From: Nannocystis bainbridge | Lineage (GTDB): Bacteria > Myxococcota_A > Polyangia > Nannocystales > Nannocystaceae | DNA: 64,000 nt | Assembly (NCBI RefSeq): GCF_028368995.1 | Contig: NZ_JAQNDL010000001.1 | Span: forward strand, 2,368,001-2,432,000 | Direction of reading: 5' to 3' | Shown: positions 8,245 through 17,507 of the stretch, piece after piece | Layout of the letters: each line of letters starts with the position of its first letter | Position numbering within the stretch: position 1 is the first letter of the stretch | Program-made: the position numbers and the translations under genes | The notes under the pieces: generated by a model | The model's database searches: none | Told to the model about the DNA's origin: nothing | The model's input: only the letters and a program-made list of their open reading frames with translations

Positions 8245-9855
8245 ATGTCGCGCCTCCGCCTCGCGTCCATCGTGGCGCTCGTCCTGCTGCCCGGGTGCGC
8301 CGACGACCCGGCCAGCGGCACCGAGTCCCTGCCCTCGTCGACCGGCACCAGCGGCGACCCCTCAAGCTCGACCACGACGGACACCGAGGCCGCGCCGACG
8401 ACCTCGACCGGCTCGTCGACGACCGGCGACGAGGAGCCCGCGCTCGCCCCCGCCCGGGGGATCCGCCTGACCCGCGCGACCCTCAACCAGGGCGTGCAGG
8501 TCGAGCTGGTGCGCGACGGCGTCGAGGTGCCGAGCAGCGAGCTCGGAGCGCGGCTGCTGGCCGGGCGCAAGGCGGTGATGCGCGCCGACTGGCTGCTGCA
8601 CGCCGGCTTCGCGCCGCGCGAGATCGTCGGCCGCCTGACCCTCTGGACCCCCGACGGCGAGACCCGCGTCGACGACTTCAAGGTGATGGTGAGCGGGCCG
8701 AGCAACGACGGCGACCTGTTCACGACCTTCTCGTGGGAGCTGCCGGCGGCGTTGGTCGGGCCGGGCCTGCAGTACCGCATCGAGGCGCTCGAGCCCGATC
8801 CGTCGCTGGCCACCGGCGAGGTCAGCGACCCGCCGCCGATCCTGCCGCTGGCCGGCCGCGGGACGCTGCAGATCGAGGACGCGGCGATGGAGATCAAGGT
8901 CGAGCTGGTGCCGCTGAAGCACGTCATCGACGGCATGACGTGCACGCCGACGATCACCGACGCGGACCTCGAGGCGATGCGGGTGTGGCTCGAGCAGCAC
9001 AACCCGATCCAGCGCGCGGTGCTGACGGTGCACGAGCCGTGGGAGTACACGGCGACGATCGGCGCCGAGCCCAACGGGTTCGTGCCGATCCTGAGCAAGC
9101 TGAGCGAGCTGCGAGCCGCCGACGCGCCGGCCGACAACGTCTATTACTACGGCCTGATCGAGAGCTGCGACGGCTACCCGCCGGGGCTGCTGGGCCAGGC
9201 GGCGGGCATCCCCGACCAGGCGACGCCCGGCTATGCGTATCAGCGATTGGCGGTCGGTCGCTATCAATCGTCAGGGGCCGGCGCGCGCGACACGTTCGTG
9301 CACGAGGTCGGCCACACGCAGGGCCTCTATCACATCCGCTGCAGCGGCGGCGAAGCCGGGGTCGACCTCGACTACCCCTACCCCAACGGACGCATCGGTC
9401 GCTGGGGCTATGGGATCCACGACACCGGCATGCGCTCGCCGACGAGCTTCCGCGATTACATGAGCTACTGCTCGCAATCGTGGGTGTCGGACTTCGGGTG
9501 GGAGAAGACTTTTAATAATATTCGCGAGCTGACCTCGTGGGACGCGGGCGGCGCTCCGATCGATCCGTCGGCGCAGCCGATCGTGGTCGGCACGCTGATG
9601 AAGGACGGCAAGTCCCGCTGGTACACGACCACGGGGACCGTGCCGCTGCGCGGGCGGGCCGAGGACACCTTCGTCGAGTTCGCGGTCGACGGCGAGACGG
9701 CGCGCGAGCCGGCGGCGGCGCTGGAGATCCCCGACAGCGAGGCGACGCTGGTGGTCGCGGCCCTGCCGGCGGGGACTTTGAGCGGCCTGTCCTTCAGGAC
9801 AGGCGGCAAGCTGCGCGCGGCGGTCGGCGCCAGCCAGGTCGTGCGTCTGCACTGA
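8245..9855 (+). CDS. Lipoprotein zinc metallopeptidase (metzincin, M66-like)
   Basis: ATG at 8245, lipobox LPGC, Thr/Ser-rich linker, HEVGHTQGLYH (HExxHxxGxxH) and a downstream Met-turn DYMSY. Confidence 0.8.
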   Translation: MSRLRLASIVALVLLPGCADDPASGTESLPSSTGTSGDPSSSTTTDTEAAPTTSTGSSTTGDEEPALAPARGIRLTRATLNQGVQVELVRDGVEVPSSELGARLLAGRKAVMRADWLLHAGFAPREIVGRLTLWTPDGETRVDDFKVMVSGPSNDGDLFTTFSWELPAALVGPGLQYRIEALEPDPSLATGEVSDPPPILPLAGRGTLQIEDAAMEIKVELVPLKHVIDGMTCTPTITDADLEAMRVWLEQHNPIQRAVLTVHEPWEYTATIGAEPNGFVPILSKLSELRAADAPADNVYYYGLIESCDGYPPGLLGQAAGIPDQATPGYAYQRLAVGRYQSSGAGARDTFVHEVGHTQGLYHIRCSGGEAGVDLDYPYPNGRIGRWGYGIHDTGMRSPTSFRDYMSYCSQSWVSDFGWEKTFNNIRELTSWDAGGAPIDPSAQPIVVGTLMKDGKSRWYTTTGTVPLRGRAEDTFVEFAVDGETAREPAAALEIPDSEATLVVAALPAGTLSGLSFRTGGKLRAAVGASQVVRLH

Positions 9856-9879
9856 GCGCGGCTCGGCGAGCGCGGCCAC

Positions 9880-10445
9880 GCGACGGCGACGGCGAGACGA
9901 CGCCGACCGGCACGACGACGACGTCCGGCTCGGACGCGACGACCGATCCGGAGATCGAGCCGGAGACCGAGCCGACCCCGTGCGCGGGCGAGGCGACGCC
10001 GATCGACGCCGCGGCGATCGCCTTCCTCGTGGTGCCAACCTTCCCGGTGCCGTGCGAAGGCAACACCGGCACCGGCTGCTGGGAGGGTCCGCCGGCCGAT
10101 TCGCTGACGGTGCACCTCTCCAGCGAGCCCTACGTGTGCGGCGAGCCGTTCGAGCACCCGCCCTGCGGCAACTGGGACCTCGCCTTCTCGATCCCGCCCG
10201 AGCTCCAGTCCCCGGGCGTCTATCACCTCAGCGGCCCCGCGATCGTCGGCCAGGCCATCGAGGTCGACGCCGAGCCGGTCGACGGCGCGTGCGAGACCCG
10301 CTGGGAGACCTTCCACGCCACGCTCGAGATCCTGGCGGTCGACGAGACCGGCGTCACCGGTCGCCTGTGCCACGTCGACTCGCCGCTCTACGCCGACGAC
10401 GACATCGACCTCGAGGGCAGCTTCTTCGCCCCGCGCTGCGAGTAG
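9880..10445 (+). pseudogene. Apparently headless Cys-containing secreted-protein ORF
   Basis: The frame reads as a typical Thr-rich linker plus globular domain (DGDGETTPTGTTTTSGS...APRCE). There is no start codon or signal peptide between the upstream stop (9855) and the linker. Confidence 0.45.
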
Positions 10446-10447
10446 CC

Positions 10448-10542
10448 GCCGCTGTCTCTTCGGACATGGCTTTCAGGGCATGTTCGCAAGGACATGCTCT
10501 CGCGGGCATGTCCCGGGCGACATGCCCCGGGGGACATGCCCG
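10448..10542. repeat. Array of 14-bp-period CATG-centred units between convergent genes
   Basis: CATG at 10465, 10479, 10493, 10507, 10521 and 10535 (exact 14-bp period), plus a degenerate GCTG at 10451. Confidence 0.85.
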
Positions 10543-12042
10543 CTACGGCCGGAACAGGCCGACCCAGCTCTGCTGCTCGCCGGCGACCACCAGCACGCCG
10601 CCGACGTAGGCGGTCCCGTCGGCGCCGACGGCCGTGTCGTAGGTGACCACGTCGGGCGGCAGCAGGTCGGGGCTGGGGGCGCGGTGGCGGACCTGACAGC
10701 GGACCTCGGCGTCGCCGCCGAGGCGGGCGATCCATGCCTCGCGCCACTCGAGCTGGGCGACCTTGTCCTTGACGCGCATGCTGCCGGCCAGCACCGCCTC
10801 GCCGTCGGGCGTGAAGCCGGCGCCGTCGAGCTGCCACTGGTCGCCGTCAGTCTCGTAGTCGGCCCGCGAGCGCTCCCACAGCAGCTCGTTGTCGGGGCCG
10901 AGCTTGTAGACCCAAAAGTTGGACACCGCGCCCTGCAGGCGCACGGCGGTGTAGAGCACGTCGCCGGCGCCGTCGACCGCGACCCAGCCAGGACCGTGGT
11001 TGTGCACGCTGCCGTCGGCCAGCGGCGAGAACACCCACTCGGCCGGCCCGCCGTCGGCCGCGAACTTGAGCAGCACCGCCTCGCCGATGTTGTAGTCGAC
11101 GTACTCGCGGGCGCCGACGTAGATCGAGCCGTCGCCCGCGACGGCTATCCGCCCGGCGTCGTCGTTGGAGAACATGCCGTTGCCCGCGCCGCTCCACACG
11201 GTCGACCACACCTCGGCGCCGTCGCCCGCGGCCAGCTTGCCGACCCACACGTCAGCGCCGCCGGGCCCGTCGGTGACCTCGCCGGCGATCACCACGTCGC
11301 CGTCAGGCGCCAGCGCGATGCCGCTGGCGCTGTCGTCGCTCATCGGCTCGGCGCCGTCCTTGTCCATGGTCCAGAGCACGTGGCCGTCGGCGCCATCGAG
11401 CTTGATGGCGCGGATGTCGTCCTCGTCGGCGCCAGCGACCGTGGCGGCGACGTAGACGTGACCGTCGGCGTCGACCACCCCGTCGACCGGCGTGAGCCGG
11501 ACGTCGGCTGGGGCGAGCAGCACGTCCCACGCGAGCTGAGCGTCTGGCCCGTAGCGGAGCACCCGGGTGCGCGCGAGGCCGATCGTCTGCATGCCCTCCT
11601 CGTCGCTGGTGATCTCCCGCTGGCGAGCGATCGCCACGAAGCTGCCGTCAGGGGCCGGCGCGACCGCGACCACCCACAGCTCGGACTCGGCCGAGGGCGC
11701 GAGGGCGACGACCTCGCCGGCGCGCCCGCAGGGGATCCTGCAAGCGCTGTCGCAGCCGTCACCATCGTCAGTGTTGCCGTCGTCGCACTCTTCGCTGGCC
11801 TCGAGGTAGCCGTTGCCGCACACGGGCACGGGCGGGTCGAAGCCAGGATCGCCGCTGCTGGTGCTGCTGTCCGGCTCACCGGTGGTGGTCGGCGCGGTGG
11901 TGGCAGTCGACGTGCTCGTGCCCGCGCCCGTGCTGGTCGCGGTGGTGCTGCCGTCGTCGGTCGAACTCGCGGTGGTCGCCGCGGGATCGTTGCAGGCGCA
12001 GAACAGCGCGAGGAGGGCCCCGAAGCGGCGCGTATCGAGCAT
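10543..12042 (-). CDS. Lipoprotein with a myxobacterial cysteine-rich repeat (DUF4215-like) and beta-propeller-like repeats
   Basis: Signal peptide ending CAC, Thr/Ser linker, CGNGYLEASEECDDGNTDDGDGCDSAC, then repeated 'AVDxDGxVYVxG' blades. Confidence 0.8.
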   Translation of the reverse strand: MLDTRRFGALLALFCACNDPAATTASSTDDGSTTATSTGAGTSTSTATTAPTTTGEPDSSTSSGDPGFDPPVPVCGNGYLEASEECDDGNTDDGDGCDSACRIPCGRAGEVVALAPSAESELWVVAVAPAPDGSFVAIARQREITSDEEGMQTIGLARTRVLRYGPDAQLAWDVLLAPADVRLTPVDGVVDADGHVYVAATVAGADEDDIRAIKLDGADGHVLWTMDKDGAEPMSDDSASGIALAPDGDVVIAGEVTDGPGGADVWVGKLAAGDGAEVWSTVWSGAGNGMFSNDDAGRIAVAGDGSIYVGAREYVDYNIGEAVLLKFAADGGPAEWVFSPLADGSVHNHGPGWVAVDGAGDVLYTAVRLQGAVSNFWVYKLGPDNELLWERSRADYETDGDQWQLDGAGFTPDGEAVLAGSMRVKDKVAQLEWREAWIARLGGDAEVRCQVRHRAPSPDLLPPDVVTYDTAVGADGTAYVGGVLVVAGEQQSWVGLFRP

Positions 12043-12162
12043 CGCGGTCAGGATGCCGCAGCCCCGCGCTCCCGCGCAACCCGAGCGGCTGCCTCCGTGC
12101 GCGACCCGGCGCGTGGTGCCTCGCGGGGCGGCCGGCTATCGTCGACGCGAAAGGAGGGTCCC

Positions 12163-12216
12163 ATGAAGACGAAATCGAAGGTGAAGGCGGGCGGCCTGAA
12201 CGTCAGCGGGCTGTGA
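12163..12216 (+). CDS. 17-aa micro-ORF MKTKSKVKAGGLNVSGL
   Basis: Strong SD AAGGAGGG just upstream of ATG 12163. G/C-ending codons are typical of the genome, and the ORF sits in an otherwise intergenic gap. Confidence 0.55.
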   Translation: MKTKSKVKAGGLNVSGL

Positions 12217-12306
12217 GCCGCGCGCGCCACGGCGGCGCAGCGAGGGCCCGACGCGCCGCGCCGGGCCCTTCGTGCGTCCGGGCTCCAGGCCCGGCCAGGG
12301 GCGCCG

Positions 12307-13539
12307 CTAGCACTCGTTCTTGTCGCACGGCTCGACCGGCGCGACCGCGTTGCCGACCCCGATCGCGCACCAGTCGGGCATGCCGGCGGGGACCCCAAAC
12401 TCCTGGTAGGGCGACTCGCCGGGCGCGAGCCAGTACGGGTGGTCGAGGAAGAAGTCCCACAGCGGGGCGAACGCGGTCTCGCCCGGCTGGACCGGGAACG
12501 GCGGCGTCGAGTGGTTGCAGTTGTGGATGCACTCGAGCACGAAGTGACCGCCGGCCTCGAGGTTCTGCTCGAGGTCCTTCGAGGTCTGCTCGAAGTCGAT
12601 GACGATGCAGAAATCGTCGGGGCCGCCCCACAGCACCATCGCCGGCATCTTGCGGGCGGGGGCCGTCCACGGCTTGATGGTGCCGCCGCCTGTCCCTCCG
12701 GACAGGGACATGAACGACGAAAGGACGTCGCCGCGGCCGCCGGCGAGCTGGCTGGTGAACAGGGCGCCGGCGCTGACGCCGGTCGAGGCGACGCAGTCCT
12801 GGTTGACGCTGAACTGCTCGGCCACGCACGACAGCATGTCGTCGAAGAACTGGAACTCGGCCTGGAGGTCGGCGTCGCTGTCGATGACGGTGAACGGCCA
12901 CTTGAAGAGCAGGCCCTCGCGCGCCTCGGGGATGACGGCGATGAAGCGCTTCTCATTGACCGCGTTCTGCACGTCGCCGCGGTCGTAGAAGTCCTGGGCG
13001 TCGCCGCCGAGCCAGTGCCACAGGAAGATCACCGGCAGGCGCTCGTCGGGCGCCGCGTCCTCGGGGGCGATGACGAGGAACTGACGCTCGACGGTGCCTC
13101 CGCCGAGCTGCTGCGGCAGGACGTTGTACGCCTGGCCCTCCATGTAGCCGACCTCGAGCGCGGGACAGGTGCCGCCGTACGCGGCGATATCGGGCGCGAG
13201 GGTGGCGCCGTCGGGCGGGGCGTCGTGGCAGCGCAGGAACTCGCCGCCGCTGCTGCCCATGTCGACCTTGGGAGGCTCGCCTGTGGTGCCGGTCTGTGGC
13301 TCCGAGGTGGTCGGTGGGCCGCTCGTGGTCGTCGTCTCGCCCTCGCTCGCGGTGCCGTCGTCGGTCGCCTGCGTGGTCGGCGTGGTGGTCGGCGCGCCCG
13401 TCGCCGCGGTGCTCGTGCTCGTGGTGGCGTCGGAGGTGCCGGCGCTGGTCGCCTCGGTGTCGCCCACGAGGTCGCCGCAGGCCAGGGTGGCGAGGACAGG
13501 AAGACAGAGGAGCCCACGACGCATGATGCCCGCCATCAT
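12307..13539 (-). CDS. Lipoprotein alpha/beta hydrolase (PHB depolymerase/esterase-like)
   Basis: Lipobox TLAC, Thr-rich linker, LPVIFLWHWLGG, nucleophile elbow GVSAG, and later D and H residues. Confidence 0.75.
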   Translation of the reverse strand: MMAGIMRRGLLCLPVLATLACGDLVGDTEATSAGTSDATTSTSTAATGAPTTTPTTQATDDGTASEGETTTTSGPPTTSEPQTGTTGEPPKVDMGSSGGEFLRCHDAPPDGATLAPDIAAYGGTCPALEVGYMEGQAYNVLPQQLGGGTVERQFLVIAPEDAAPDERLPVIFLWHWLGGDAQDFYDRGDVQNAVNEKRFIAVIPEAREGLLFKWPFTVIDSDADLQAEFQFFDDMLSCVAEQFSVNQDCVASTGVSAGALFTSQLAGGRGDVLSSFMSLSGGTGGGTIKPWTAPARKMPAMVLWGGPDDFCIVIDFEQTSKDLEQNLEAGGHFVLECIHNCNHSTPPFPVQPGETAFAPLWDFFLDHPYWLAPGESPYQEFGVPAGMPDWCAIGVGNAVAPVEPCDKNEC

Positions 13540-13740
13540 CGCATAGCCGGCGGCGCGGCCGCCAAGCCCGCGTTCGCTGATGCGAGGCCAGGCGCGCGAG
13601 TGGGCCGCTCCGTGGCGAGCCGTTCAGGCTTCGATCGCAGCGCTCGCGCGCCGCGTGCAGCCTGAACGCGCGGCTCCGGACGATCGACCCCGCGGATCGT
13701 CACGCGACGCGCGGTGAACGATCGCCCGAAAGCGGTTCGA

Positions 13741-13763
13741 CCCGCCTGTCGTGGACAGGCGGG
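13741..13763 (-). terminator. Hairpin downstream of the TonB-dependent receptor
   Basis: CCCGCCTGTC-GTG-GACAGGCGGG, a 10-bp perfect stem ~50 nt after the stop, with no clear U-tract. Confidence 0.35.
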
Positions 13764-13809
13764 CCGAGCTGAAACCTCGCAGCGGAGGTCCGGGTCTCAA
13801 AGTCCGGGA

Positions 13810-16800
13810 CTAGAAGCGGAGGCGGAGCTCGAACTGAGCGCCGATCGGCTGCTGGAACACGGTCTGGACCAGGAAGTTGCCCTGGGGCGGGAGCACGCCG
13901 CGCTGGAAGAAGCTGGTCGGGGCGTTCGGGCTCTGGACCTTGGCGTGCTTGAGGTCGTCGAGGTCGCCGCCGGCGATGGCGCGGCCCTGCGAGTACGAGT
14001 AGGTCTCGTCGACGCGGAGGACGGCCTTGTTGTTGGTGATGTTGACGAGGCGCGCAGAGACCTCGAGCTCGACCTCGCCGGGCAGCGGGTAGGCGTAGCT
14101 GATGCCCACGTTGGCGAAGTAGTTGGGCTCGAGCCGGCCGCCGGCGCCGCGCGGGATGGCGTAGACCAGGAACTGGCCGCTGTAGCGGTTGTTGTCGGCG
14201 AACACGCTGATCGGCGTGCCCGACTGGTAGCGGAAGTTGAGGCCGAGGGTCAGGCGGCCGGCCTTCTTGAGGTCGAACGAGTAGTAGCCGTCGAACTTGA
14301 CCTGGTGCGGCCGGTTGTCCCACAGCGGGCCGTAGCTGTTACGGACCAGCTCGGGGATGTCGTAGGTCGTCGTGGTGCCGAGGTCGATGGCGCCGGTGTT
14401 GCGGTTGACGAAGCCGTCGTAGTTACCGATCAGGCGGCTGTAGATGTAGCTGGCCTGGATGGTCCAGTTCTTGGCGAAGCGCTTGGTGATGTTGAACACC
14501 CACGCGTCGTAGTTGCGGACCGGCTTGTTGAAGAGCGTCCCGACCTTCGTGTACGCGTCGGCGAGGAAGGTGCAGCGGTTGAGCTCGCGGGCGAGCACGT
14601 CGCGCTGCGGGTCGTCGTCAGCGGCCTGGTCGAACTGATCCTGCAGCTTGGTACAGGCGTCCTGCTGGCGCTGGATGTCGGAGGCCGACACCGACTCGCC
14701 GGGGTTGGCGATGATGAAGTTGAGGCCGCCGTTGGTCGACACGTCCTCGACCGCGCGGCCGAGGCTCTCGTGCTGCCACTTGACGCCGACGAGCAGGTCT
14801 TCGATGACCTCCTGCTCGTAGCCGACGACGAACTTCTGCGTGTACATGCCGCGCAGCTTCGGCACGACGGAGCCCGCGGTGAGGCCGGTGGTCGACTGGT
14901 TGAAGTCGGTGCACCACTCGGTCGGGGCGCCGTTGATCGACCGCTCGCGCGACTCGCCGCCGATGAGCACCGGGGTGGAGCAGTCGGACGCGCGGTAGCT
15001 GCGGTTGACGTTGACGAGGCCGCCGAAGGCGCGGTTGTTCAACACGACCGGCAGCTGCTGGTAGAACCAGCCGTACGAGGCGTACAGGCGGCTCTTGCCC
15101 TCGTCCGTCCAGTCGTAGACGAGGCTGACGCGCGGGGCGACGTTGTCGTTGATGAAGATGTTGCGCTTGCCGAACACGTCCTTCATGTCCTGCATCTCCC
15201 AACGCACGCCGGCGTTGAGGTACAGGTTCGACATGATGGACCACTTGTCCTGGACGAACAGCGCGTAGTTCTGGGTGGTCAGCGTCGAGTTGTAGGCCGA
15301 GACGCGGACGCCGGCGCCGATCGGGCTGGCGATCGCGCGCAGGTCCTCTTGCTCATAGCGGACGCGGCCGAAGCCGAGAGTGCGGCGGTTGTCGGGGTTG
15401 TCGGCGTCGACGATGACGAGGCGGTTGTTGTTAACCCGGTTCGGGCTAACCTCGTTGCCGATCATGTAGTTGTTGGTCGACGGGTCGTAGCAGTACTCGC
15501 CGCCGCCGACCGTGCCAGCCGGACAGTTCTGGTAGAAGTCCGAGTCGTTCTGGCCCGAGTAGGCGGTGCCCTGCTTGAGGCGCACGCTGTCGATCTCGGT
15601 GCCGTACTTGAGCTGGTGCGCGCCGGCCCGCTTGCCGCTGAGGAAGTGGGTAAGGGCGACCTGGCCGCCGACGCGGTCGGACACCGACTGCGAGTAGGTG
15701 CCGATACCGCCCGACAGCCACACGCGCGTCGGACAGGTGAGACCCGGCAGGTTGGCGTTGTTACACGCCTCGTCGACGCCCTGGACCAGGCGCACGGCGC
15801 CATCGCGGTCGAGCAGGTCGTAGAGGTTGCGACCCTGACTGTCGGTCTCCTGCGTCAGCGGGGTGTTCCGCTGGATCTCGTTGTCGAGCTTCCACGCCTG
15901 CTTCTGCGAGAAGCGCGAGTAGTAGACGCCGGCGTCGATCTCGATCTTGTCGTTGGCGACGCGGCCCTCGTAGTCGAGGCCGACCTGGGTCTGGTTGCCG
16001 AGGTCGCTGCCGAAGCTGTTGTTGACGACGCCCGAGCCGACGCGCGAGGCGCCGCCGATGGTCGCGTTCGGGTTGGTGCCGAACGAGTTGGGCTCGGAGC
16101 CCGGGGGCTGGCGATAGCTGCGCCGCTGGGTGCCCGGGCCGCCGCCGCCCGACAGGCGCAGGCGGTGCTTGGGGTTGATCTGCCAGTCGATCGCGACCGT
16201 CCACCCCATGTTGAAGCGGCCGGTCTTGAACCGCTGCTCGGCGAACTTGACCGAGTCGATGTAGTTGCCGTTGGCCGCGCAGTCGTTGGTGCCGTTCTCG
16301 TAGGCACACTCCTCGTAGCCGCCCGAGCGGTCCTTGTCGCGGCGCTTGTAGAACGACTGGATCAGGGAGTTGTTGGTGCCGCCCGGCGCGACGCCGACGG
16401 CGAAGAACAACTTGTCCTTGATGATCGGACCGGACAGGGTGACGACGCCCTGGCCCTCGTAGTTGTTGATCTCGGCCACGCGCAGCGACTCGTCCGTCGC
16501 GCTGATGAAGCGCGGCAGGGCGATGCGCGGGGTCATGCGGAACAGCACCTGACCGCGAATCTTGTTGCTGCCGCCGATGCGGCGCGCCTTGACGAGGCCG
16601 CCAGAGGCGCCGCCGCTCTCGGCGTCGTACACGCCCTCGACGATCTCGACCTCGTCGATGAACTCCTGGACGATCGTCGCGCCGACGGTGCCGAACGCCG
16701 GGCTGGTGGCGTTCTGGCCGTCGACGACGTACTTGCTCTCGGCGCCCGTCGTGCCGCCGAGGCGGATGCCGGCGGCGTCGCGGCTGGCGGTCGGCGACAT

Positions 16801-17295
16801 GTCGACCACGGCCGTGAAGTCGCGGCTCGCCCCGCCGACCGGGATGTTGCGCGCCTGCTCCATCTTCACCTTGGTGACCTGGGCGGCGTCGTTGCGCGTC
16901 TTGGTCTGAACCTCGATGTCGACGCGGAACTTGAGCTTCGGATCGATCTGGAAGTTGGCGCGCATCTTGGCGCCGGGCAGGACGTCCATCGTCTTGTTGA
17001 CGTTGGCGTCCTGATACAGCACCTGCACCGTGTACTTGCCCTGCGGCAAGTTGCGGAAGGTGTAGAGGCCGTCCGCGTTGGTCATCACCTCGCGCGCGCC
17101 CTGGAGGCACGTACACTGAATGATGACGAGGGCGCCCGAGATCTTCTGACCGGAGTTTTGGTCAGTGACGACGCCGCTGATCGTGACGTCGGAGGCAGCC
17201 AGCGCGAGGTTAGGGGCCATCGCCGCGACCGCTGGCGGAATGACGACCAGCGGCAAGGACAACGAGTACTTGAGCAGAGAGCGGCTTGTCTTCAC
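13810..17295 (-). CDS. TonB-dependent receptor, Oar-like, with an N-terminal carboxypeptidase-regulatory-like domain
   Basis: GTG at 17295 after AAGGAG; signal peptide; ISGVVTD...GALV...TNADGLYTFRNLPQGKY; plug with YVVDG and GVYDAE; barrel motifs FVQDKW, LNAGVRWE, APRV; C-terminal ELRLRF. Confidence 0.9.
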   Translation of the reverse strand: MKTSRSLLKYSLSLPLVVIPPAVAAMAPNLALAASDVTISGVVTDQNSGQKISGALVIIQCTCLQGAREVMTNADGLYTFRNLPQGKYTVQVLYQDANVNKTMDVLPGAKMRANFQIDPKLKFRVDIEVQTKTRNDAAQVTKVKMEQARNIPVGGASRDFTAVVDMSPTASRDAAGIRLGGTTGAESKYVVDGQNATSPAFGTVGATIVQEFIDEVEIVEGVYDAESGGASGGLVKARRIGGSNKIRGQVLFRMTPRIALPRFISATDESLRVAEINNYEGQGVVTLSGPIIKDKLFFAVGVAPGGTNNSLIQSFYKRRDKDRSGGYEECAYENGTNDCAANGNYIDSVKFAEQRFKTGRFNMGWTVAIDWQINPKHRLRLSGGGGPGTQRRSYRQPPGSEPNSFGTNPNATIGGASRVGSGVVNNSFGSDLGNQTQVGLDYEGRVANDKIEIDAGVYYSRFSQKQAWKLDNEIQRNTPLTQETDSQGRNLYDLLDRDGAVRLVQGVDEACNNANLPGLTCPTRVWLSGGIGTYSQSVSDRVGGQVALTHFLSGKRAGAHQLKYGTEIDSVRLKQGTAYSGQNDSDFYQNCPAGTVGGGEYCYDPSTNNYMIGNEVSPNRVNNNRLVIVDADNPDNRRTLGFGRVRYEQEDLRAIASPIGAGVRVSAYNSTLTTQNYALFVQDKWSIMSNLYLNAGVRWEMQDMKDVFGKRNIFINDNVAPRVSLVYDWTDEGKSRLYASYGWFYQQLPVVLNNRAFGGLVNVNRSYRASDCSTPVLIGGESRERSINGAPTEWCTDFNQSTTGLTAGSVVPKLRGMYTQKFVVGYEQEVIEDLLVGVKWQHESLGRAVEDVSTNGGLNFIIANPGESVSASDIQRQQDACTKLQDQFDQAADDDPQRDVLARELNRCTFLADAYTKVGTLFNKPVRNYDAWVFNITKRFAKNWTIQASYIYSRLIGNYDGFVNRNTGAIDLGTTTTYDIPELVRNSYGPLWDNRPHQVKFDGYYSFDLKKAGRLTLGLNFRYQSGTPISVFADNNRYSGQFLVYAIPRGAGGRLEPNYFANVGISYAYPLPGEVELEVSARLVNITNNKAVLRVDETYSYSQGRAIAGGDLDDLKHAKVQSPNAPTSFFQRGVLPPQGNFLVQTVFQQPIGAQFELRLRF

Positions 17296-17507
17296 AGGAG
17301 GGTGCTCCTTGCGGTCACGGCGAGCGCCTCGGGCATCGGCTTGGATACCAGCGGGGGGTATATCACAACGAAAGCAACACTGAATACGGGAATCTTGCCT
17401 TGAGTCCCGCCCCCCCGGGGCCGGACGGCGATCAGACTTCCCCCCCGCTGCCGCGAAAACCGCGGGCGTACGCGAAGGCGTAGCGCGGCCCGACCACGCG
17501 AGGTCCG

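Noticed and set aside
8058-9137. N-terminal 360 aa of the 1425-aa ORF
   Set aside because: This is the antisense shadow of the + strand metallopeptidase; the WGR domain and an RBS point to GTG 8057.
9505-9525. AT-rich patch ACTTTTAATAATATT inside the metallopeptidase gene
   Set aside because: Short, in frame (TFNNI) and not in 14-bp phase with any motif core; it could be an internal promoter but nothing else supports that.
10460-10542. Resemblance of the 14-bp unit core to the eukaryotic p53 half-site RRRCWWGYYY
   Set aside because: Sequence coincidence; there is no evidence of a related protein or eukaryotic origin.
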